This document shows, piece after piece, positions 12,891 through 25,299 of a stretch of DNA of 64,000 nt. This DNA is from Octopus vulgaris (Eukaryota), in contig OX597823.1 of NCBI GenBank assembly GCA_951406725.2, positions 105,400,001 through 105,464,000 on the forward strand. The letters are read 5' to 3'. A model generated the notes under the pieces. The model was given only the letters and a program-made list of their open reading frames with translations, searched no databases and had not been told where the DNA came from. The translations under genes were made by a program, and so were the position numbers. Within the stretch, counting starts at the first letter, position 1. Every line of letters begins with the position of its first letter.

Positions 12891-13534
12891 CTAAGTGTAA
12901 AAACACTAATATTTCAATTTATCACAAACATCTAGCTTAGGCATTTTACTTACCTGGTACCACCACATACACAACCCTTCATGGTTACTAAATAAATATA
13001 CATCATGAAACCTCCTGCTTGCGTATACACAGACCCTTTAGGTCCTTCTAGTTCTTCCACAGGTCTTTGGGAATATATCTTCATTAAAACTGCAGATACT
13101 AAGTTCTTAATTTAAAATTTTTACCTTATTTTAAATTTAGATTTTAAATTTATCTTATTTTTTAAATTTTTTACATTGACTCTTTATCACTTTTATAATA
13201 TTAATTTTCAACCTTAGTTTTAAGCCTCAAATCTTAAGTCTTTTGTTTGCTTGTACAGCATCTATTCCTAGCACTAACTGAACTAAGACTGCCTTGACTC
13301 TCTCTTCATTTCTAGTAAAATTGACCACCTGCTTTATCTAACGTCTATTATCTTTTTTATGACTGTTTTATCACTCCTCCACACTCCCCTCCTATTGCTC
13401 TCCAGCCTGTATGTTGGACATCTGCTTTATTTATCCCTTATCTATCTGTCTTTATATTCATGCTCCATTAACCTATCTGGGCAGGAGTACCCTTGCTGTA
13501 CTGATTAGTATATCTAATACAAAGCTCCTATCTA

Positions 13535-14805
13535 CGAGGGGCGTTCAATAAGTAATGCCCCTGACCCACTTCCCATAGTAGTAGAGCAACAAAACTCAGC
13601 ACAGGTATTAGTCTTTTTCTACATAGGAACCACCCAGAGTTACGCATTTCTCCCATCGTTTGATGCAGCTCTGGATACCGTTTTTGTAGAAGACCCCAGC
13701 TTGGTCCTCCAACCACGACGTGACTTCAGAAATCAAGGCTGCATCATCTGGTAAACGCTTTCCTTTCAAAAACAACTTCATGGGTGGGAAGAGGTGAAAA
13801 TCAGAGGGTGCAAGATCAGGAGAGTAGGGGGATGGGGGAGAAGTTCATAGTCGCACGCCTGTGCTTTTGATCTGGCGACACGCGAGTTGTGGACCGGAGC
13901 GTTGTCCTGCAGGAGGAGGATGCCTTTGCTGATCTTGCCCCGCCTCTTGATTTTGATAGCTTCTCTTAATTTCCTCAAAACTGAAGCATAATAGGCTCTG
14001 TAATTGTGGTACCCTTTGCCAGAAAATCTGTCATCACTACTCTGTCCTAGTCCCAGAAGACTGTGAGCGTGACCTTGCCAGCGGAGGGCTGCACCCTTGC
14101 CTTCTTTGGAGGAGGTGAGTCACGGCGCTTCCACTGCATTGACTGGGCTTTGGTCTCTGGATCATAGTGATGGACCCAGGTTTCATCCTGTGTAATCAGT
14201 CTTTTGAAATATTTTGACTCATCTTCTTGGCACATCTCTAAATTTATCCTCGAGCATTCGATGCGTTCTTGCTTCTGGAAAGGTGTGAGCAACCTGGGAA
14301 TCCATCTGGCAGACACCTTTTGCATATGTAAATGGTCATGAATGATAGTTTCCACAGACCCGGTACTAATCTTGACCTTATGGGCTATTTGGCGAATAGT
14401 TATGCGTCGATCTTCCAAAATGGCAGCCTCAACTTGACAGACAGATGCCTCATCAATGGCAGAAGGGGGCGACCAGATCTGGGAGCTGTTTCCACAGAGT
14501 TCCAACCAAGTTTGAATTCACGATGCCAGCGTTTTCAAGGTCATATGATGGGGCATCATCACCATAAGTTACTTTCATTTCATCAAAAGTTTTCCGTGGT
14601 GTGCGTCCTTTCAAATACAAAAACCGGATCACTGCTCGACACTCAACAGGCTCCATTTCACACCTGTAAATCAGAAACCACAATTAGTTCAGAGCTGTAA
14701 TTTCCCACTTAATCTATAGAGATATAAATAATTGCACATGCAAAATTTCAGCTAGATCAAACAAGTGCAATTGGGTCAGGGGCATTACTTATTGAACGCC
14801 CCTCG
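13535..14805 (-). mobile_element. Full-length mariner transposon (1271 bp)
   Basis: Perfect 34-bp TIRs CGAGGGGCGTTCAATAAGTAATGCCCCTGACCCA. TA TSDs at 13533-34 and 14806-07. Confidence 0.97.
13608..14656 (-). pseudogene. Mariner DD34D-type transposase, frameshifted
   Basis: MEPVECRAVIRFL..., WIPRLL, TQDETWVHHYDPE, QDNAPVH, YSPDLAPSDF (after a frameshift), RWEKCV...YVEKD*. Split across four track ORFs. Confidence 0.95.
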
Positions 14806-15092
14806 TACATATCTTTCTCCTGCCAGAATGTACTATATTTATTTCTCATCTCTCAGTATTTGTCAGTATTTATCTTTGGAACTGCTAGCATCTATTTTCC
14901 TTCACCATGGATTACTAGCAAACCATTCTTTCTGATTTACCTTAGGAATATCCAATCTCACTGGATCTAACAAGATTCATTTGGATCTCTCCTTCCTGTC
15001 TGGACTTAAGGATTCACAACAATCATTGATGAGGAACTTTTATTCCACTCTTACTCTTACGTATGTTTAACTTGTCTCTTTCCATCTATCTC

Positions 15093-15178
15093 TCTCTGAT
15101 GACGAAATACTCAGCGTATGGCATCTTCGCTCAGTACAATGTTCCAATAGCTGGAATATCTAAGAAACGGCTGTCAGA
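15093..15178 (+). ncRNA. Degenerate hammerhead ribozyme in a pyrimidine-rich PLE-like remnant
   Basis: TCT-CTGATGA...GAAA-CGGCTG-TC-AGA. Stem II decayed. Same layout as 2376-2429. Confidence 0.55.
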
Positions 15179-16186
15179 AACTGTCTCTGCCTTTCATTAT
15201 TTAGCTAAATTAAATTAAATGTCCTTGTCAAGTCTTGCCAGTTTGTTTGCCTCACCTTTTTAACTTTAAACTCTACATACTAAGTCAAGGGGAAGCCACT
15301 TCTATCCGTTTTGGATAAAGCAGTCACAAAAGCAGAACTTCAACTGACGATCACACTGGAATTTTAGTGGCATACCTATTCTGAGCACTCTGAGCGCATA
15401 CCTATTAGTTTGAGTGACCCTGACAAAAACTTCTCATATCTTTTACATCCATACAAACGTACAAACACACATACATGGTTAAAATTTTTCCAGAAAGATG
15501 CAGCTAGGTGGAAATAAAGAAGCGAAAACAAAAGCAAAGCAAACACAAGAGACCAGCACTTTTATTTTTGATATTTCACCTTAAACAGCCTTCATCAGGA
15601 GAAAATGAGCATAAGTCTGAATTTCACAGAGATATAGAGAAACATAGCTGGAGAGATGATAGACACAAATTCATAGCATCAAAGCAGAAAATTCTCATCA
15701 CTCAATGCTTGTTTGTTCAAGGTGAGAGAGGTTAAATTGTGTCATTTTTTCTTTGAAATTAAGAATGTTCCTCGTCCTCCATTTTTAACAATCCAATATT
15801 CTTGAAATATGGATGCTTGCAGACAGAATGTTTGTCATAGAGAGGTAAGGACTGTGTTTAAGCAGAACGTAATGAGGAAATAATGGGAAAACATTTTAGT
15901 ATGTGTGTATGTATGTATGTATGTATGTATGTATGTATGTATGCATGTATGTATGTATGTATGTATGTGTGTATGTATGTATGTGTGTATGTATGTATGT
16001 ATGTATGTATGTATGTATGTATGTATGTATGTGTGTGTGTATGTGTGTATGTATGTATGTGTGTGTGTGTATGTGTGTATGTATGTGTGTATGTATGCAT
16101 GTATGTATGTATGCATGTATGCATGTATGTATGTATGTGTGTATATATGTGAGTGCATTTGTGTGTGTGTTTGTGCGTGTGTGTAT

Positions 16187-16244
<58 letters not shown>

Positions 16245-16919
16245 TGGAAGTACAGAATTAAGTTACAACTTTGGTTTACCAATCATGCTTCAAACCATGC
16301 AGGTCTGCAATGGGACTGAACAGTCATCTAGGAGGTCACGGAAGGAAGTGAGAAATGTCATTGACAACGAGGAAGCTCAAGGAGACGGCAATCATCTGTG
16401 AAGATGGAGTAATCCCCAAGTATGAACGTACGACAATGAATAGAATAAAAGTTCTCTTCAGTATTGTCCATTTCGTATCAGTTTCGCTACAATTCGATTT
16501 GGGACAAGACTGAACATCAAGGGAAGTAACTCTTAAAATGTTTTGAAGAGTTAATAAACTTGTAATTTTATTTACGTATCTTCTCGTTGATGTGAGATGT
16601 AAGACGACTGTCGAACGAATGAATGAACTGTTGTTCACACTCTCTCTCTCTCTCTCCCTCTCTCTTTCTCTCTCCCTCCTCTCTCTCTCTTTTATATCAT
16701 GCTAGGTCGTTTTGAAAACTAGAAACACATTAGATAACGCAGTTTTAACATAAGAAGATCACAAGATTAGATTTCTTATTCTACTCGACCAGGGTCGCCA
16801 ATATCAAGTTAAACGTTGGAAAGTAAATCTCTCTCCGCTCCCTCTCTTTCTCCCTTCTCCCTCTTTGTATATATACATATGTATGTCATTATTCAGTTTT
16901 ACTTCAAGATTTCTTGCCA

Positions 16920-16983
<64 letters not shown>

Positions 16984-16985
<2 letters not shown>

Positions 16986-19240
16986 GATTTCTAATCAAAT
17001 CCAAAGCTCCTTCATTTGAATTTCAACATCAAAGTATGTGTACAGTTTTTGGAGTCAGTGTCTGTGGAAAGTTGTATTTTTTGTTTTATCTGTATATTTT
17101 CTGGCGTTCAGGGTTTTGCAGATAAATTGAGACCAATTTTAAGTACTTGTTTCAGTCGGTTTAACAATTCAATTTTTGACAAAACCTTGCTTGCTTGAAA
17201 ATCTAATTCTCCTCTTTATTTCTCTGGAAAATAGCGAACTGATTCGGCAACAGAAAGTCATGGAACAACACAATCGTTCTGCCATTGTTGTTTTGGTGCG
17301 CGTCGGGCACACTGCCAATGAAATTGTTAAGTTGACGAAACTTCCAAAAGCATCGTGTGTATTTAAAGACGAGTGAAATATTAATAGCAAAGAAGAGATT
17401 CCAAGCGGAATCCAAAGTTTCTCGCTGGCCTCTAACGCTCGATTGAAGCCAACCCGTCCACATCCATGACAACTCTTGCAATGAAACGCAATGTGTCCCT
17501 TTCCACGGTATCCAGAGATGTAAACAGGAACCTTGGCATGACTAGCTATGTTCGAGGACGCCGTCACCTCCTAACAGTCAGGGCCAAAGCAATCAAAGCC
17601 GAGAGATGCGCAAAGCTTCTGTCATTCATCAAGCATCAAGGTGTAAGAAAAACTCGTGTTTGTGGACAAGAAGTTCGCTGGACGCTGAGGTGAATCGCAG
17701 AAATTCTCGTGCGATAGCATACAACCTTTCTGACATCCCCATTGTGTTTGAAACTAAGCATCCTGCCTCTCTGATGGTATTTGGAGCCGTGGCGAGTGTC
17801 ATGGATTCACACTTCATTGAGTCTGGCTTGAAAATCGACACAAAGGAGTATCTAGACGTCCTAAAGAACTCTCTGTTACCTTGGATGGAGTAGAAGTTTG
17901 GGCTTGACAACGTGGTGCACTATGCTGTGGGTCAAAAGCAACAGAGGCCTTCCTTGGTGAGAAGATGCCATTTTTTGTTAGAGCCAACATCTGGCCCAGT
18001 AATATTCCAGATCTCAACCTTCTCGATTATTTTTTATGGGGCGTACTTCAAACAAGGACCAATGATTTACCACATTCGAGTGTCAACAGTTTGAAGACCC
18101 GCATCGTGCGTACGGCACGCAAAATCAAAAAGGCTGAGGTTGCGGCAGATACTAAACATTTCGTTCTCGTGTGGAGGCAGTAATTGCCTAAAAGAGCGGC
18201 CAATGTTTTGTCATAATAAATGTTACATTAAAATTATATATATCTGCTACCATTATTTTAGTATTTATAACCAGTTTTATGTATCGTAAAAATTGTCTCA
18301 ATTTATCTGCAAGACCCTGTATAGTTGCATGTCTAGACATGCGCATATATAGTTAAAAGATAAACTTCTGGAAAGTTTTACAGATGTTTACAGTTCAAGT
18401 AATGGCTTGGATCTTTAGTCTTCGAATCAGCTTTCTCCTTCCTGAGAAAACTGAGAAGCTTTTTGAGCAGCTTAATTTCTCAGGATTTTTTTAAGAGGCC
18501 TAATTTCTCAAGATTGGTACTTAGGCTGTGTGTTACATATTTCTGTGTTCAATAATTACCTGAACTTGTAACCTGAGTAGAGTAGCTGTAGATTTCTCAA
18601 TAGTTCAGCATAGGTATTTTCTTATTCACTGATTATTATCTTTATGTTAACACCCGCTGGGCAGTTGACTTCCACAACTGTTTCTCTTCTGCATTCCAAA
18701 TGTCAGATATATTGTGTTTACATTTAATTGGGGTTTTCACTGGATATTTCACCAAGACTTTTTTTTATTATGGGTGGCTATGGCTTCTTTCTACCATACT
18801 GTGGGTTCGTATTACTTTGGCATTGGAGTTATCTTTCCGACGGATCTCATTATACAGTGTAAAACCCATAACATCATATCTCATCGGTAGATAAAACTGG
18901 ATGACATTTTCGGACAACTGCTTATGATATAGGTGATATCTTCGGTGTTAACTCTACAATGTCTGCATCGTTTATCACATTTTGGTGCTTTTCCTGCGTC
19001 TCTGTCCCTTTTGTGCATCAGGTACTTGGCGAATATCTCTTGTTGGATTGCGAATGTATACCCTTAAAATTGGGAGTTTGTAATCCGGTTGTTGCTCCAT
19101 GATAAGCTGCTTTGATTATCAAAGTTACTATCATCCCGGAGTTTTCTGCTAACGTATCTATGTGTAGGGGCCTCGCTTCGACTTGCCTAAAATTTGAAAC
19201 CAGATTTACCTGCTTGTTGCTTGTCAAAACAAGCAGGAAA
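16984..19240 (-). mobile_element. R4/Dong-clade LINE 3' fragment, interrupted by a maT element
   Basis: FAIQQEI.AKYLMHKRD, CRHC....EDITYIISSC (CCHC-like), CKHN..DI, VVEVNCP (REL endonuclease), KLIRRL..TVNICKTFQKF. The 3' UTR ends at the (GA)n tract 16922-16983. Confidence 0.8.
17109..18319 (+). mobile_element. Tc1/mariner element, maT (DD37D)-like, decayed
   Basis: TIRs CAGGGT(T/C)TTGCAGATAAATTGAGAC with TA on the right flank. Peptides TKHPASLMVFGAVAS, HFIESGLKIDTKEYLDVL, WPSNIPDLNLLDYFLW. The second-Asp segment appears deleted. Confidence 0.88.
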
Positions 19241-20201
19241 TTCTCTCCTTATCATATGATTGATGGGGAAACACTTGACCTCCAAGAACCTGGGCTGGTC
19301 AAGGAAAGGTCAGTACTTTGTTTAGGGGTTGACCTACATACTGACCATTGTCTATATAACAGAGAGTATTTCCAATCTCTTCCTCTTTTGAGTCAGCCAT
19401 GACCAAGAGCAGCACTTACTCTTCACCCTTCGCTCAACATACGAAGAGAAGTTTTCGGCCGCAAGAAAGACAATGCCACTTTTATCTTTTCTTCCTTTCT
19501 AGTCAGCACCGTGCATTTCTTACTCTTTCACTCTCTACTGACAGACAGCAACACTATCAACCAGCGAGGCAACCTTGTTGTCACTATCACTACATTTACT
19601 ACTGTCTCTTTACTTGTCGGGCAAATGAATAAATATATGGTTCCAACTACATGGTTCCGGGTTCAGTTCCACTGCGTGGCACTGTAGGCACGTGTTTTCT
19701 ACAATAACCTATACAAAATTTTCACGAACACAAGGAAGAATATCGATGTAACAGTGGCCACAGTCAGATGCAAAAAGATAGCTTTGTATCTCTGCCGTAA
19801 GGCTTCATTTGCACAGACGCCAGCTGAATTCAATTCGTCCCCAGTCGAAAGGCACCTGTTGTTATGTCCTGTTATCATCATTATTATTATTTTTATTGTA
19901 TTTTTGTATTTATATTCGTGTAAACATCGTCTGTTTTTCCGTCCTTGTTTTCGTATACATTCGATGCTTTTCCCCCCCAAGGAATCTAATGCTCTAAGCT
20001 TAGTTTTTCCTTGGAGCTGACCAGATTGGAGCAATCTCAAGATTAAGCAGCCGAAATTGCGAGGATGATCCGGTTCTTGACTGAGGATAAAAAGCTTCGA
20101 ATGACCCGTCCTTTTTTTTTTGTATCGTCTATCTGGATGTTTTGTTGTCTCTTTTTGTATCACCTAGTTGTCCGGATGTTTTGCGTTCTTGTCCCATTTT
20201 G

Positions 20202-20249
<48 letters not shown>

Positions 20250-20255
<6 letters not shown>

Positions 20256-20293
20256 TAGTAATGCAATACTATAGTATTGCATTACTAATTTAT
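20250..20293. repeat. Perfect 44-bp palindrome
   Basis: ATAAATTAGTAATGCAATACTA|TAGTATTGCATTACTAATTTAT, directly after (TA)n. Confidence 0.95.
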
Positions 20294-20395
20294 TGAAGCT
20301 TCTTCACCGTTTTCGTGCTGTTGGCGTTTCGGTGTTTCAGTCGAGTGTATTAGCTTTAATGTGGTAACATCTGAGATTTTGTCATGGTATATGCT

Positions 20396-20466
20396 TGGCT
20401 GATGAAGATAGAACAAGATTATGGGTGGCAGACATATCTTGTAAAATCTGAAACCTGCAGGTCCCA
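20396..20466 (+). ncRNA. Type I hammerhead ribozyme
   Basis: TGG-CTGATGA-[AGAT..ACAAGAT../..ATCTTGT..ATCT]-GAAA-CCTGCAGG-TC-CCA. GUC triplet. Confidence 0.85.
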
Positions 20467-20655
20467 CATTATCCTTTTCCAGGTATTTCATCTTTCAGAT
20501 GTTCTCCCTGGAGGTAAGACAATTTTTCTAGTTTGTTGCACACACGCATTTTTGCTAATACATACGCGGTGAAGCTATACATTAGCGTCGTATTATTACG
20601 TTCGCTATTTCCAGTAAATATCGGTACTTCGTTGTGCCATATATTTACTACTTTT

Positions 20656-20723
<68 letters not shown>

Positions 20724-20738
20724 TGTATGTATGTATTT

Positions 20739-20789
<51 letters not shown>

Positions 20790-20976
20790 TATGTGGGCAC
20801 AGAACGTCACGAAACGTGTACAACAAAACATACGAATTATGAGTACATGGGATATGAACTATTCTTTCGAACAACGAAAGACGCAAATGGAAAACAAGAC
20901 AAGCAACACAAAGAATGACCCTTCATCAGTTGTTGGCTGCTTTTCTACTCTCATATACAAAAAATGAATCAGTTAA

Positions 20977-21044
20977 TCTCGAACTCGAGTTTCTCTATTA
21001 ATTGTCAAATTAACTAATTTGGAATCTGTAGATCATCAGCGAGA
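20977..21044 (-). ncRNA. Type I hammerhead ribozyme
   Basis: Minus strand TCTCG-CTGATGA-[TCTA..CAAATTA/TAATTTG..TAGA]-GAAA-CTCGAG-TT-CGAGA. 5-bp stem I, GUU triplet. Confidence 0.88.
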
Positions 21045-21215
21045 CGACTAATTAATGAATAATAATGCAGTTGTAAATACATACCGAAAACACGTGCGCA
21101 AGGCAGCTACATCTTTATCCATTATGGATTCGAACTAAAGTGCGCAAGCGTAAACTTATAGTCCAGCATTAAATAAACAAATATGAAACTGTGTCCTATA
21201 TAGTCTCAGAATTAT

Positions 21216-21523
21216 GTGAGGGCGCGTGGCTTAGTGGTTAGGGCATTCGGCTCATGATCGTAAGGTTGTGAGTTCGATTCCCGGCGACACTTTATTTCAC
21301 GTTGCTCCAGTCCACTCAGCTGGCAAAAATGAGTTGTACTTGTATTTCAAAGGGTCAGCCTTGTCACTCTCTGTGTCACGCTGATTATCCCCGAGAACTA
21401 CGTTAAGGGTACACGTGTCTGTGGAATGCTCAGCCATTTGCACGTTAATTTCACGAGCGAGCTGTTCCGTTGATCGTATCAGCTGGGACCCTCGTCGTCG
21501 TAACCGGCGGAGTCTTTTTTTTA
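21216..21523 (+). mobile_element. tRNA-derived SINE (family E)
   Basis: TGGCTTAGTGGTTAGG A-box, GAGTTCGATTCC B-box, oligo-T end. 14-bp TSD AGTCTCAGAATTAT. Confidence 0.92.
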
Positions 21524-21854
21524 AGTCTCAGAATTATAAATATTTCTATCGCAAATATGAGGGCAATGAATTAAAATAATCTATTATCAGTGGTTAGCAT
21601 GCATGAATAAAAGTCATAAGATATACCATCTAAAAAAAAAATAAATAAAGTGTATAAAATATTTATATATTCCTTCGCTTTATAAATTTTTCGAGCGTCA
21701 AACGAATAATATACATTGCGAATGTTTGTGTGTGTGTGTGTGTATGTATGCACATATATACATACATATATACATACATATATATATACGTATATATATA
21801 TACATACATATATATATATATACACATATATACACACATATATATGCACACACA

Positions 21855-21898
<44 letters not shown>

Positions 21899-22870
21899 TA
21901 TATATATATCGAATAGTTAAGAGTCATTTGAATTAGGTACTTAAACCGAGGCACCAAGCCGGTACAGTATAGACCGCGCAACTCGAAGTGAGGTGAATAA
22001 AAAGCAAATAAGTAACAAGGATGTCTCGGTATTAGTGTATTACGGGTGTTAGTAGGCTTTAGATATACATTTTCCTCTATATTCATTCTGCCACAAATAT
22101 AGCAAAGGGAAACAACATAATTATTTATAAAAGACGAGGTAGCAATGCCTTTTATCATGGTTTTACTTCGTCAAGTTCAGCATCACTAGCAGCAGCAGCA
22201 GCAGCAGCACCACCACCACCACCACCACCATCACCACCACCACGACCACCACCACCATCACCACCACCACGACCACCACCAAAACCACCACCACCAATAG
22301 GAAGATTGAGTCTACTGTCCATGGTATTATCAATTAAAAATCCATTGAAACCATTACATTTTATTATAAAGTCTTTTGAGAAATCCAGTTATTTTATTTA
22401 AATACTTAGAAAAACCACGAACGTGCAGATGACATCAGGCATCACCTGATCAAGTTTATCTTCCACAGTCCAAAATAATTCTCTTAAAAAAGAGAAACGA
22501 ATAAAGTTACGAGATGCAGTATATAAAGTACTTTACTAGAATATTCATCATATGGAAATGTAACAGGATATTAACCAACAGTTACTTCCCTTCCCTTACA
22601 AGGGACATAATTTGCAATATAATGTAAGGAGTAACTCCCCTTGAATTTCGTTTTGGACCAGTTTGTAAAGGAGAGTTAGATTTATATAAGAATTTAGTTA
22701 CTTTTCTGTTCATTGTGGTCCTGCTATTCTCGTTAACTGGGATCTTCCAACGATCTGTTACTATTAAATTCTCAAGAAAGACAGGCCTGAACATTAGCGT
22801 GTCGGATTAAATTTTTGCAGTATTTGATTCTGTTTATACTCATTTCAGACACTGTTATAGACAAGTTCTC

Positions 22871-23208
22871 TCTTTTCTCTTTTACTTGTTTCAGTCATTT
22901 TGACTGCGGCTATGCTGGAGCACCGCCTTTAGTCGAGCAAATCCACCCCAGGGCTTATTCTTTGTAAGCCTAGTACTTATTCTCGCTAAGTTACGGGTAC
23001 GTAAACACACATCGGATGTCAAGCGATGTTGGGGACACACATACATAAACATACACACACACATACATATATATATACCAAATCCACTCACAAGGCCTTG
23101 GGCGGCCCGAGGCTATAGTAGAAGACACTTGCCCAAGGTGCCAGCAAGTAGGACTGAACCCGGTAACATGTGGTTGGCAAGCAAGCTACTTACCACACAA
23201 CCACTCCT
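22871..23208 (-). mobile_element. SINE family A
   Basis: Head AGGAGTGGTTGTGTGGTAAG through the GACTGAAACAAGTAAAAG tail. Confidence 0.88.
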
Positions 23209-23869
23209 TCGCCTTACAAATTTTCTTTATTTTTGTTTTTATACATCACATAACCAAAGGAGTCAGAGACTTCTTCCCCATCCGCAAGACCACTTTTAGG
23301 GCTCGATTGGTTTCTTAAAAGAATTTGAACTTAGAACGTGAAGATCTGGAAAACGTACCACAAGACATTCCGTTCTCCGACATTTTAATAACGCGGCCAA
23401 TCTACCCGTCTGGACAACAAATGTATTTATCGATCCTGAAAGGATGAAAGACGAAAATGAAATAAAATGAGGGAACAAGCTGAAGGATGTGTACTTGGTG
23501 TTTGGTGAATACAGTGACAGCTCTGGCCATGTTTCAGTGAAACAAATATTAATAAAGACCATACACACACGCGTGCATACATACATATATACATACATAC
23601 ATACATACATACATACATACATACATACATACATGCATGCATGCATGCATGCATACATACATACATACATACATACATACATACATACATACATACATAC
23701 ATACATGCATGCATGCATGCATACATACATACGTACATACATACACACATACATACATACATACATACATACATACACACATATATACATACTTACATAC
23801 ATACATACATACACACATACATACATACATACATACACACATACATACATACATACATACATACATACA

Positions 23870-23900
<31 letters not shown>

Positions 23901-24139
23901 GTATATATATAACAGTCGCCATGATAGATCGGTAGTCACTACACACATTTTTTTCTCTTTGTTTCTCTCCCTGTTTTTTTTTTTTCTGTGTCCCTTTCTG
24001 TAGAAGAGCGTAGGCTCGAAACGTGAAACGTAAAAGACTTTTTCAATTCCTGAGCGTTATACTAATACATTTGTTTGTTTTGTACACCACCTGTCTTCGT
24101 TTTTTTTTTTGCGTAAACTCTCCCTAAATATATATATAT

Positions 24140-24905
24140 GATATTATTGTTATTTCTTACGAAAAATATGGAACTACTTAAGAGATGCTCGGGTTGAACT
24201 CGAGACAAAAGATAAGAATTAAGATATAACTCAAATAAGGCAATCATACTCATATAGTTATAAATTCGACTTAAAATGCGTATACATATATTATTAATAC
24301 ATATCAACACATATGAATGTTTTAAAAAATATTTATAAAACATAAATATATATATATATAAATATTCATCAAAATACAGGTAAGTAAAACCCATGTGGGA
24401 TATGTATGGAAGGAAGTGTGAGAAAAAGAGAACTGATAAAAATTTTCTTTGTACTAAATTTAAGAGCAGTTAAGAACTTCAATTAAAAGATCCATAGAGT
24501 TCGATGTGCTTTCTTTTTTTAAATATATAAATGGTATATACTGTATATAATACAGTTCAATGAAGTCAACTTTTTACGGCCGTTTCCCGAGTTCATATCC
24601 TGGCAGAAATTTAAAAAAAAATTTTACAAACCATGAGGACAATGTCCCCTTCATCAGGAGAGGTATCCTCATAAAATCACATTTTCGACACTTTTTTTCT
24701 CACACTTCCTTCCATACGGATCCTACATGAGTTTTATTCACATGTATTTTTATGTATATTTATAAATATATTTATAATTAATAAATATTAAAAAAAAAGT
24801 ATTTATGTGCCGCGATATGTGTTGATATATGAATTCGCATTTTAAGTCGAATTTATAAATGTATGAGTAAGACTGCCTAATCTGAGTTTCTATCTTAATT
24901 CTTAT
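24140..24905. mobile_element. Fold-back PLE-like end with a degenerate HHR in the spacer
   Basis: Diverged inverted arms ~24212-24430 and ~24690-24905. Minus-strand CTGATGA...GAAA-CGGCCG-TA at 24571-24660. (TA)n flanks. Confidence 0.7.
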
Positions 24906-24930
24906 ATATACACACACGCGCGTGCATACA

Positions 24931-24962
<32 letters not shown>

Positions 24963-25299
24963 CACACACGCGTGCATACATACATACATACATACATGCA
25001 TGCATACATATATACATACATACATACATACATATACACACACGCGTGCATACATACATACATACATACATGCATGCATACATACATATACGTATGTTGT
25101 TCTCTTTCGCTTTTTAATTCAGAGTAAATTTCGACCGGCTACCCGCTAGATAACAAAGTTGTAAAGAAAAGTATCTTTTTTTTCCGCATGCTTTAAATCT
25201 TACGAAAGTCTCGCAGGTTTTTATAGTCCCAGATATCGCGATCATTGGTAGTGCATGAATTAAAGATTTACGTTCTCTCCATAAGAACCCAAGTTCAGC

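Noticed and set aside
15570-15602. Minus-strand CTGATGA...GAAA
   Set aside because: Stems I and III do not form; too decayed to call an HHR.
20005-20066. GCTG...CAGCC-GAAA structure in a PLE-end-like repeat
   Set aside because: No CUGANGA-equivalent strand, so I cannot support a ribozyme call.
21219-21290. tRNA-like sequences here and at 5021 and ~11050-11120
   Set aside because: They are SINE heads followed by SINE bodies (two with TSDs); no complete cloverleaf.
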